Shown: positions 55,631 through 64,000 of the stretch, piece after piece
Layout: the number at the start of each line of letters is the position of its first letter
Numbering within the stretch: position 1 is the first letter of the stretch
From: a virus
Taxonomy: Duplodnaviria; Caudoviricetes
Virus record (IMG/VR): IMGVR_UViG_3300028797_000007
Span: 32,001-96,000 of that record
Reading direction: 5' to 3' (one strand)
Length of the DNA stretch: 64,000 bases
Notes under the pieces: generated by a model
The model's input: the letters and a program-made list of their open reading frames with translations, nothing else
Database searches by the model: none
What the model was told of the DNA's origin: nothing
Made by a program: the position numbers and the translations under genes

Positions 55631-56440
55631 CTAGTTACCTATTCCAAATAGAACATTTGAACTATCCCCCAACATAGTAGTAGGATATTTTCCGTCCCAT
55701 TTATTTATAAGTGCTTCTTTGATTTCTAATTCTTTTAACTTTAATGTTTTGTCAGTAATTTCTTTATTTTGTAATTTCATAACCTCAGCTTCAGCTTTAG
55801 CGTTTTCAACTTTCTTTTCGTTTTCAACTCTTGCTTTTTCTAACTCATATTGAGCCTTTTGAGCATTTTGTTGAGCGACTTGTTTTTGTTCTATTGCTTG
55901 ATTATAAGCATCACTAAATGCTAAGTCTGTAATAGAAAGGTCTACAATAGTAAACCCCCTGTTTTGTAGTTTGTTAGTTAATGTTTCATACATTAAAGCT
56001 GATACTTCTTGTCTTTTAGTAATAAGTTCTTCAGCTGTATATTTAGCAGTAACTGATTTTATACTTTCTAATATAGCTGGGTTAACCACAACAGCTTCAT
56101 AATCTACACCTACAGTTTGATATAATTTATTAGCATAATCCTTGTTAACACTATAATTAACAGCAACTTTTAGATTAACATCTTGTAGGTCTTTAGAAGC
56201 TGCACCGTTATCAACTTCAACTTTTTTAGTTCTACAATCCATCAACACAATTTTTTCAATGTAAGGAATTTTAAAGTTAATACCTTCGTTTAGCATATCG
56301 CCTTGAACCTTACCAAATTGTGTCTTAACTCCTACATAACCTGTAGGGACTGATTTAAAACTAGCAAATAAAGTTATAATAACAAAAAGAATAATAGCAC
56401 CTATAATAGAATATTTAACCACCTTAGTTTCATCAACCAT
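55631..56440 (-). CDS. SPFH/prohibitin (band 7) membrane protein
   Basis: N-terminal TM, VPTGYVGV...GINFKIP, SKDLQ, AIEQKQVAQQ, KWDGKYP. Confidence 0.88.
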   Translation of the reverse strand: MVDETKVVKYSIIGAIILFVIITLFASFKSVPTGYVGVKTQFGKVQGDMLNEGINFKIPYIEKIVLMDCRTKKVEVDNGAASKDLQDVNLKVAVNYSVNKDYANKLYQTVGVDYEAVVVNPAILESIKSVTAKYTAEELITKRQEVSALMYETLTNKLQNRGFTIVDLSITDLAFSDAYNQAIEQKQVAQQNAQKAQYELEKARVENEKKVENAKAEAEVMKLQNKEITDKTLKLKELEIKEALINKWDGKYPTTMLGDSSNVLFGIGN

Positions 56441-56479
56441 GGTTAACTCCTTCCTATATAAGATTATTATTATCAAAAA

Positions 56480-56570
56480 TGGCGCCTGCTATAGGACTCG
56501 AACCTATGCGTCGATTACTCGACCTAGCTGTTTAGTAGACAGCCCCCTTAACCAACTTGGGTAAACAGGC
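56480..56570 (-). tRNA. tRNA-Ser(ACT)
   Basis: GCTGT-CTACTAA-ACAGC anticodon arm, long variable arm, G73. Confidence 0.82.
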
Positions 56571-56886
56571 AAAAATTAAACAACGGGGGTTACGGCCCCC
56601 CGTTGGGGATTTCATGTATCTCCTACAGAGAGTTTCTGGGGTTATATATATAGTAATATTATAACATTACTATTAAAATTATATAATATATATATCCTTA
56701 CTCACAACCTCGGTTATGTCCACCGTGGACAAAGACTGTCCTAACCCAACAATCTTTATAATGGGGTGGAATTACGATTGCCACGCATGCTTACGATGAG
56801 TATTTTTATCTTGGCCCAAGAACTCATACTAAACTTGCTTATAAAGGCCCTGGACTTATATAGCTTGTAATACTAATGCCATTAAA

Positions 56887-57108
56887 TTATTCAGTTACTA
56901 TTGCAGTAAACTTAGTTTTCATCTTGCCATCAAATTCAGCTTTTTCTTTAGATGCTAAACCTTTAGTTGCTAAAGAACTTAAAGTTGCTCTAACTGATTG
57001 AATAGTTAAACCTTCAACTTCATTGATAACTTCTTCGGCAAAAGCACCATCAGCGAATTTTTCTTTTAAGATGTTTAAAATGTTTTCTTGTTTTTCAGTT
57101 AATTTCAT
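56887..57108 (-). CDS. Small winged-helix protein (paralogue 5)
   Basis: LTEKQENILNIL...AFAEEVI...TIQSVRATLSSLATKGLASKEKAEFDGKMKTKFT. Confidence 0.7.
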   Translation of the reverse strand: MKLTEKQENILNILKEKFADGAFAEEVINEVEGLTIQSVRATLSSLATKGLASKEKAEFDGKMKTKFTAIVTE

Positions 57109-57324
57109 TTTTTTCACCCTTAAAAACTATTTGTTTTTCCTTTCTTTAATTTTTACAATTTAATTATATCAAATATCAGAGCTAATTTCAAGTATTTTTT
57201 GAAAATTTCTGCTCTTCTATAAGAACATATCGTCTGAAACCAACATAGCCATCATTGGTCCGCACGATGCTCTGGCCTCCGGATGTTGAAGATATATCCT
57301 TATAGAAAAGCAGAATTCTTCTTT

Positions 57325-57642
57325 TTAATCTTGACTACTTATTATTAAATCATACAACTCTGATGCATTAGATAATGGTATTGGTGTGCCATCTTCTTTA
57401 GTTATACAACCTTCTTTATATTCTTTACCAAAATCAATTTCCCACATATAATAACTTATGTTATCATATTTATCATTCATTAACTTAGATAACAATTCTT
57501 CAACCAAGAATATAGTTTTATTATGAACATAACCTCCTCCAAATTCAGGGTCTATTTCTCTAAGAGCATCATTGAACTTTTCTTGTTCTTCACTTAATTC
57601 TTGTAATTTATTTATTGTTTCTACAAAAAGTTGTTTGTCCAT
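57325..57642 (-). CDS. Hypothetical protein
   Basis: Own promoter and RBS; ISYYMWEIDFGK...ELYD motif. Confidence 0.65.
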   Translation of the reverse strand: MDKQLFVETINKLQELSEEQEKFNDALREIDPEFGGGYVHNKTIFLVEELLSKLMNDKYDNISYYMWEIDFGKEYKEGCITKEDGTPIPLSNASELYDLIISSQD

Positions 57643-57710
57643 ATGAATACTTATCCTTTCTTTATTTCTAAAATAATTATAATATATTTATTAGTCATTT
57701 TTCAAGTATT

Positions 57711-58001
57711 TTAAATAAAATCTAATACTTCGTCATCGCCCCATCTTATTTGGTTTTCATCTACATATATTTGTAAATAATAGAATATATGACCATTTTT
57801 ATGAATAACAACTAAATTAGTCTTTTCATAATCATAATAGCTTTGTTCCAAAGTAGTATTAAAATCTGTAATATCTGGTATTGGGACATATCTATATACT
57901 TTATGAACTTCTTTTTCTTCTATTACATTATTTTGTACTAGAGTACTTCTATTTTTTGTTAGATTTTTTCCCAATACATATCCCATTGTAAAGTCCATCA
58001 T
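57711..58001 (-). CDS. Hypothetical protein
   Basis: Own promoter and RBS. Confidence 0.6.
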   Translation of the reverse strand: MMDFTMGYVLGKNLTKNRSTLVQNNVIEEKEVHKVYRYVPIPDITDFNTTLEQSYYDYEKTNLVVIHKNGHIFYYLQIYVDENQIRWGDDEVLDFI

Positions 58002-58434
58002 AATTATCTCTCCTTTCCATATATTTTTTTCTTTTTCTTGATTATATTATATCAAATCTAAAACATAATGACAACTATATTAAACTATTTTCTTGGTAAA
58101 AATATTTTTTACTTATTAAATTATATATATTATATATATTGATTAAATAAATAATATATTATAGTATCTATTGTCAAGTCATTTTTAAAATTTTCTCTAC
58201 TTAATATATTATATCTCTACTATAATATTATGTCAAGTAGTATTTATTGCTATCTATATTATTTGACAAAAGGAGCTGTGAAATTTTACTAATATTAAAA
58301 AACAGCAAAATAATTTATCCTGAGTAAAATATATCTTCCCCTTTTTTATTAAAAGAGTTTACAAATGGAATTATATAATTATATAATCTATTTGTAATTA
58401 TTAAAAAGCAAAAAAGAAAAAGGAGTACGATGTT

Positions 58435-58569
58435 ATGACAAAATTAAAGCAATTTTTCAAAAAAATATTAAAGAAAAAGAGGAAATGTCCTAACAAAAAA
58501 TGTAATTATAATACAGGCAAATGTAAATGTACATTAGATGTTTGCCACTATAAAAATAGACAAAATTAA
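58435..58569 (+). CDS. Small basic Cys-rich peptide
   Basis: AAGGAG RBS; MTKLKQFFKKILKKKRKCPNKKCNYNTGKCKCTLDVCHYKNRQN. Confidence 0.45.
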   Translation: MTKLKQFFKKILKKKRKCPNKKCNYNTGKCKCTLDVCHYKNRQN

Positions 58570-59049
58570 TAAAAAAACTTGAATTTAGCAAGTTTAATAT
58601 TATATAATTATTTTAATGATTTGAAGAAATAGTTTTTCAAATCAATTGGGGGAAGCGCTGGCGCTTGAGAATTGTGATACATACCCTACTATATGAAAAC
58701 TTATGGATTGATATATTATATGTGGAAACCAAGGAATGATTAGACCGTTAGGTGCTATGAAATTCCAGTAGAAACTTATAGTAATTAGATAGACATAAAC
58801 TTAAGTGACGGGTAGCCTACTAGGACTTATAAGACTATTAGGTGAATCTCACAATAAACTCAAATTAAGACGCTCCCAGAGACTCGGGATGAGTTGGGTC
58901 AGTAGGTGGGAGACTCGAAGCACCGGGGGGCAGTCTAGATGCTCGCGAGGTGTGGGCAAGAATCTACGCAGAATTCCTTTATGGTAAGAGTAAGCCGTAG
59001 TTATAAAATCTTGCCCGTCAGCAAATTGAAAATTAAAGGAGGATGCTTT

Positions 59050-59256
59050 ATGGACAATAAAATGTTTTTTTATTATATTAAAGAGTTAAATGATTTACTT
59101 AAGCAACCCAATACTTTTAGAAATAGATTACAAATAAGAAAAATTAAAAAGATTATAAATAGAATGATAAAAGAAGCTGCTAAAGCTCAAGCAAATATTG
59201 TTTACAACCAAACAGTAGAACTTTATCAAAATATTATGAACTCAAATTTAGATTAA
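59050..59256 (+). CDS. Hypothetical protein
   Basis: AAAGGAGG RBS before ATG 59050. Confidence 0.6.
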   Translation: MDNKMFFYYIKELNDLLKQPNTFRNRLQIRKIKKIINRMIKEAAKAQANIVYNQTVELYQNIMNSNLD

Positions 59257-59344
59257 ATACTTGAAATTATGAGAAAAAATATAATATAATTTTTATAGAA
59301 AAACAAAAAAACTTTTGAAATATAAAGTGGAAAGGTGGGTTTCT

Positions 59345-59557
59345 ATGAAGAAATATTATGCAGATATAAACTTATATTTTGATAATATGAAATATAGTAT
59401 AGCAGGGGATATTTCTACTAATCGCAAAGAAATGATTGAATTACTTAAAGATTTTGGTAAAAAATTAAACTTAGAATGTAATACTAAAAGTAAAAAGTTT
59501 GTTAATAAACAAGGTAAAGAAGTAGGTAGTTACACTCTTACTTCTATAATAATATAG
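59345..59557 (+). CDS. Hypothetical protein
   Basis: Own promoter, AAGGTG RBS. Confidence 0.55.
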   Translation: MKKYYADINLYFDNMKYSIAGDISTNRKEMIELLKDFGKKLNLECNTKSKKFVNKQGKEVGSYTLTSIII

Positions 59558-59573
59558 GAAAGGAGAATATACT

Positions 59574-59888
59574 ATGGATAATTTAAGTGATAAAGCAAAA
59601 ATAGTATATGCTACTCTAAAGATGTTAGGAGCTGAAGGGTTAGAAAATAAAGTGACTTCTTATGCAATTCTAGATTTTATAAGTGAAAATGAAGATTTAC
59701 AAGAACATGAATTGCTAAAAGATGTTAATGAAACTGACTTTGTAGACATTATAATGGAATTAAACATCAAGAGTGTAAATACTATTATTGCTTCTCTATG
59801 TCGTAAAGGCTTGGTAGAAAAAACAGAACCAACTTCTATGACTATTGATGGTCAAAGAAGAAATTTAAGACAATATTTCATAAAATAA
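59574..59888 (+). CDS. Winged-helix protein (paralogue 6)
   Basis: LSDKAKIVYATL...NIKSVNTIIASLCRKGLVEK...RQYFI. Confidence 0.65.
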   Translation: MDNLSDKAKIVYATLKMLGAEGLENKVTSYAILDFISENEDLQEHELLKDVNETDFVDIIMELNIKSVNTIIASLCRKGLVEKTEPTSMTIDGQRRNLRQYFIK

Positions 59889-60558
59889 TTGACAAATGGT
59901 ATTTAGAAATATTATAATAATAATGTAAAATGAATTTGACGATTATGTCGAGGAAATGCGATGTAACCGTTGTATAAAATGACAAAGTTTCAATTAAGGA
60001 GCTATAGGAATATTTTAGGACAAATGTATACAGCTCAAGGGCCGAGGTACTATGGAATAAAGGACGCCTTTAGAAGAATTTGAGAAATTAAAACATTTAG
60101 GTTTTTAGAAAAAAGTCGTCAGGTCTAATCAGCCTTAAACGATTTAAGGAGATTAACCAATAAACTTATTATGTATAAATGAATAATATGGTGTATATTT
60201 ATAGTAATATAAATAAGGCATTTATATTCCCTGCGAAGTTAGTAGGGCACATTTCTGATAAAACATAACGCTTAATAAGTTTAAATAATCTAACGGGAGA
60301 AAGAAACTTCCAAGAAAAATATCACGCATTTAGTAGATATGTAAATTAAATATGGCCTGACATATTTAAAGGACATACCATCGGCTGTGAAACTTATGGC
60401 TTGCGTTTTGAGTTAAATTGAGACAGACTGTCTCGACTATAAGTGCCAGCTCGGTTGATAGTTTAATAGGAAAAACATTAATATGTAGGTTCGAATCCTA
60501 CTCATCCTAAATGTCTTTTTGTTTTAATAGGGAGACTTTAGTTTCCCCTTTTATTTAT

Positions 60559-60635
60559 GGCGGTGTAGCTCAGATGGCTAGAGCAGTGGATTCATACCCC
60601 ACAGGTCATAGGTTCAAATCCTATCGCCGCTACCA
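60559..60635 (+). tRNA. tRNA-Met(CAT), elongator
   Basis: GGCGGTGTAGCTCAG...CGCCGCTACCA, Firmicute elongator Met body. Confidence 0.88.
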
Positions 60636-61140
60636 AATTTAGCTATATACACAGACGTGTGTGATATAAGGTTACAACTGGGACCAAACTACCAGTGATG
60701 CCCTGATGCAGGCTAAATTGAATGCATCGGCCTATTATGGGGATGTTTCGGTTTCGACAGGAACTAACGAACACTCATGAAACAAGTCGCAGGTATGCGT
60801 TAAATCCAAACCTAAAAAAATAAATGGAAACATTTTTTCTAAAATCGCTAACAGAGTAAAATCTGTTTTCACTGCAAATGCAGTTGCTTTAGCATAGTCT
60901 AAGGCGTAGGCGACTTTCATATGAGTAGTCAGGAAGTGGACAGACAAAAATATGAATGTATTAACTTAGCAAGGTCCACCAATATTGAGATTTCCTAAAA
61001 CAATTTCTCTATTGATTTACTAAAAGTTTTAGGCTACCCCCAAGATTTGTTAATTGGGTAGGGTAAGTAGATAGAACGAAATTAACTAAGCTTGTAAGAA
61101 AGTAATGACTAGTAAATTGGTTTTTGGACACGAGTTCGAT

Positions 61141-61814
61141 TAACTATAGTCGACCTAATAAGTAATTATTAGTGGAAAAGTAAACTCAAGACGGTGAAGG
61201 CTAAGTCGTAAGATATGCTAACGCTGCGCTAAACCTATTGGAAACAATGGGGGAACGCCCAGAGACTCAGAGAACACCTAAGGATTTAATCTATGGTGTC
61301 GCTCGGATGGAAAAAACGATATTCAAAATCTCTTTTATGTGCTTTCATTTCATCGGTATATTTACCATTTCTTGGTGTTAAGTTATTATATTCATTAACA
61401 AGAAGATTTGCTCGATATACTTTTGAAGGTTCAAGCATAAAAGGAAGCACTTTAGGTAAAAGATTTAAAACCTTATTACCAACTAAAGTCCAGTGCCAAC
61501 TTTGTTTATGATTTTCTTTGTAAACTTTGTTGGATACTATGGTTCCTCCAAAGTGAGATTTTAAATATTCTAAAAAAGAATAAGTTGTGCTAGTTACTGA
61601 CAATGTTGGATAACGGAATTCATTATAACTATGTATTTTAGTTAAGGTAATTGTCCCTTCTCCATCAATTATTCCAGCTGTGTAAGCATACATTATTTGA
61701 TTTTCCATAAATGTTTACCTCCTATATTTGGAATAGGGTTATATATCCCTCTATTCTAATAGTATATAGGATGAAGGAATAGTCCAAACTTTTATGAAAA
61801 TAGAAGATTATTTG
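61141..61814 (+). mobile_element. Group I intron in the tmRNA T-loop
   Basis: Exon ends in U, paired to G of the IGS (TCGAT/GTCGA); R element CAGAGACT; S element GAATAGTCC; terminal G at 61814. Confidence 0.85.
61286..61708 (-). CDS. LAGLIDADG homing endonuclease, antisense within the intron
   Basis: YAYTAGIIDGEGTI motif; own AGGAGG RBS. Confidence 0.85.
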   Translation of the reverse strand: MENQIMYAYTAGIIDGEGTITLTKIHSYNEFRYPTLSVTSTTYSFLEYLKSHFGGTIVSNKVYKENHKQSWHWTLVGNKVLNLLPKVLPFMLEPSKVYRANLLVNEYNNLTPRNGKYTDEMKAHKRDFEYRFFHPSDTID

Positions 61815-62032
61815 TCTCGTCATCTCCACCATATGCCCTGAGCAGTTTTTAGAGTTGAATGGGGGCAGAACCCATAGGGGCACCTAATAAGAAAGGCTCT
61901 GACAGTGTGAGTGAATTACGCTGTCTCACTTAAATGGAAAGCTTTCAACCTGATTTGGTCAGGCTGGGGTTGTTATGAAACAATGCTGTTAGAGCTTAAC
62001 TTTTTAGACAGCGTAAAGAAAGAGGCGATATT

Positions 62033-63019
62033 ATGAGAACTTTATATAAGTATTTTGTATTTAGCGATGTACATGGCGAATATGATGCTCTTATAAGAAG
62101 TTTGGAAGAAGCAGGTTATGAAAGAAATAATCCTACTCATAAATTAGTTAGTTTAGGAGATGAATTTGATAGAGGACCTGATAGTCGTAAAATATATAAT
62201 TTTTTAATACAAAATCATGCCATATGTGTTAAAGGTAATCATGATGTTATGTTTCAAGAGTATCTAGAAAAAGGTATGGATGGAGAATTTGTATTATTTA
62301 ATATATTACATAACGGATTAGGTGAAACAATTAAAAGTTTTACTGGTTTGCTGGACAAACAATTTAGTATAGAAACTTTACAAAAGGCAAGAGTAAGTGT
62401 ACAAAGTAGAGATAGCGTTCTTCGTTGGCTACAAAATAAACCTTTGTTTTATGAAACAGATACATTTATCTTTGTCCATGCTGGTATTAATCCAAAATTA
62501 AGAGATTGGAAAGATACTGATGAACACTATGCACTTTGGGATATAGAAGATAGCCATAAGAGCTGTCCTAATGTAGGTAACAAAGTTGTTGTTATAGGGC
62601 ATCATCATGCTTTTAGAGTAAGACAAAATGGTCTAGAAAATGGGAATGGTGACCCAGATTTAAGCCAAATAGATATGCATACGAATAGTCGTGATGAAAA
62701 TGGTAATTATCACTATTTCAAATTACATTCTTATGGTAACACTGATGAAAATCGTCCTTATGTAGGAGGAAATAAAATAGCTATCGATGGCTGTACTAAT
62801 TTAACTAAAAAGGTAAATGTTTTAGTTGTAGAAGATTATGAAAAAGAAGACCCTAAACCAGAAAAAGAGCCATCACCTGAGCAAGGCCCTAATGAACCTC
62901 ATATAACAGTAACACAAAATGGATACACAATAAACATGGAACCTCAATGGTATAACTATGTAGATATGGGAACTACAGCAGCAGGTGGAGTATATACTAC
63001 TACAACTGGTAGAATATAG
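62033..63019 (+). CDS. Metallophosphoesterase (calcineurin-like)
   Basis: SDVHG, GDEFDRG, GNHD, VHAG, GHHH, IDG. Confidence 0.9.
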   Translation: MRTLYKYFVFSDVHGEYDALIRSLEEAGYERNNPTHKLVSLGDEFDRGPDSRKIYNFLIQNHAICVKGNHDVMFQEYLEKGMDGEFVLFNILHNGLGETIKSFTGLLDKQFSIETLQKARVSVQSRDSVLRWLQNKPLFYETDTFIFVHAGINPKLRDWKDTDEHYALWDIEDSHKSCPNVGNKVVVIGHHHAFRVRQNGLENGNGDPDLSQIDMHTNSRDENGNYHYFKLHSYGNTDENRPYVGGNKIAIDGCTNLTKKVNVLVVEDYEKEDPKPEKEPSPEQGPNEPHITVTQNGYTINMEPQWYNYVDMGTTAAGGVYTTTTGRI

Positions 63020-63029
63020 GAGGATAAAT

Positions 63030-63362
63030 ATGAGAAAACAAATCATAAGTAAAGATGAAGAAAAACTTAATATAGTAATTCTTTCAAACGAAGATTTAGG
63101 TATAATAGTTAAAGGGATAGCTCGCTGTCATGCTGAAGATGAGTATAATAAAGAATTTGGTATATCATTAGCAAATACAAGAGCTTGGCTAAAATATTAT
63201 GAAAAATTATCTAAGTCTACTGTAAAAAAATTACAATGGGCTGAAGAAATAAGAAAAATCTATGAAGAAGAAATATCTCGTTTAACTACTACTAAAAAAT
63301 TAGCAGATACTAAACTTATTGAAATTAAAGAAGAATATAATAAAATGATAGAAACTATTTAG
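63030..63362 (+). CDS. Hypothetical protein
   Basis: GIARCHAEDEYNKEFGISLA motif; AGGAGG RBS. Confidence 0.6.
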   Translation: MRKQIISKDEEKLNIVILSNEDLGIIVKGIARCHAEDEYNKEFGISLANTRAWLKYYEKLSKSTVKKLQWAEEIRKIYEEEISRLTTTKKLADTKLIEIKEEYNKMIETI

Positions 63363-63429
63363 TTCCCCTCTATTTGGTAGAAGATTTGAATATATATTCA
63401 AGTTTTCTACTATATGATGGAGGTGTCAT

Positions 63430-63903
63430 ATGAAAAAAAGTAGAATAAGAGAATTAAGCGACCAAGATTTCTGTGCTTTAGTAGCATCTAGTTATTCATA
63501 TAGTGATATCCTTAGGGCCTTAAAATTAGGGACAAAAGGAGGTTCATCTACGGATATACTTAAAGCTCGCATAAAAGAATTAGGATGTTCAATAGAGCAT
63601 TTTAATAGACGCAAGAGTGAAAATGTAAAAAATATAACTCAACCTTTAAGTACCATATTAGTAGAGAACTCGTCATATCATAACATTTCTCGTCTAAAAG
63701 AAAGACTTATTAGAGAAAAGAAATTAGAATATAAATGTGCTATATGTGGCAATCCTGGAACTTGGCAAGGTAAAAAGCTATGTTTACAATTAGACCATAT
63801 TAATGGTATTAATGATGACCATAGATTAAATAACCTAAGATTTTTATGTCCTAACTGTCATTCTCAAACAGATAATTACAGTGGGAAAAATAATAGGGGG
63901 TAG
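63430..63903 (+). CDS. HNH endonuclease
   Basis: CAICG...LQLDHING...DHRLNNLRFLCPNCHSQT; stop codon lies inside tRNA-Trp. Confidence 0.88.
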   Translation: MKKSRIRELSDQDFCALVASSYSYSDILRALKLGTKGGSSTDILKARIKELGCSIEHFNRRKSENVKNITQPLSTILVENSSYHNISRLKERLIREKKLEYKCAICGNPGTWQGKKLCLQLDHINGINDDHRLNNLRFLCPNCHSQTDNYSGKNNRG

Positions 63904-63968
63904 GCGACGGTTGCCGACGAGTCTCCAAAACTTGTGTCGAGTGGGTTCAACTCCTACATCCCCTGCCA
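63895..63968 (+). tRNA. tRNA-Trp(CCA) with compact D arm
   Basis: AGGGGGT/ATCCCCT-G-CCA; CGAGT-CTCCAAA-ACTTG; T arm GTGGG-TTCAACT-CCTAC. Confidence 0.75.
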
Positions 63969-64000
63969 TTTTTTTTGTAATGGAGGAATAATTGTGAACA

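Larger units (their letters stand above)
60739..61831 (+). ncRNA. ssrA: tmRNA (exons 60739-61140 and 61815-61831)
   Basis: GGGGATG/CATCTCC-ACCA acceptor with G3:U70; tag ORF 60826-60897 GNIFSKIANRVKSVFTANAVALA*; spliced T arm ACGAG-TTCGATT-CTCGT. Confidence 0.9.

Noticed and set aside
58618-59022. RNase P RNA
   Set aside because: No GAGGAAAGUCC or matching P4 3' strand found
60735-61511. ORFs 60735..60947(-) and 61293..61511(+)
   Set aside because: Shadows of the tmRNA and the LAGLIDADG gene

Overview
Part of a large, AT-rich tailed phage genome (siphovirus-like), probably infecting a Bacillota/Bacilli host (sigma-A promoters, AGGAGG-type RBS, Firmicute LexA boxes). The phage reads TGA as Trp (code 4). 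About 40 in-frame TGA codons fragment the supplied ORF track; reading through them restores intact genes. 1-34.4 kb (minus strand) is the virion and packaging module: holin-like gene, tail fibres, Dit, 2264-aa tape measure, tail tube, capsid, protease/scaffold, portal and terminase. 34.5-41 kb (plus strand) holds small early genes, a DEDDh exonuclease, LexA boxes and tandem promoters. 41.9-58 kb (minus strand) and 58.4-64 kb (plus strand) hold many short single-promoter units, six small winged-helix paralogues, 23 tRNA genes, a tmRNA interrupted by a group I intron carrying an antisense LAGLIDADG gene, and many structured non-coding RNA candidates, one ROOL-like. The most striking element is a tRNA-Trp (55418-55513) with two complete tandem anticodon arms, UCA and CCA. 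Also notable are tRNA-Ile(UAU), tRNA-Ser(ACU), a conserved AAAGG-hairpin-AAGGGUGA leader and three hairpins elsewhere that display its complement. All calls were made by reading the sequence; no searches were run.
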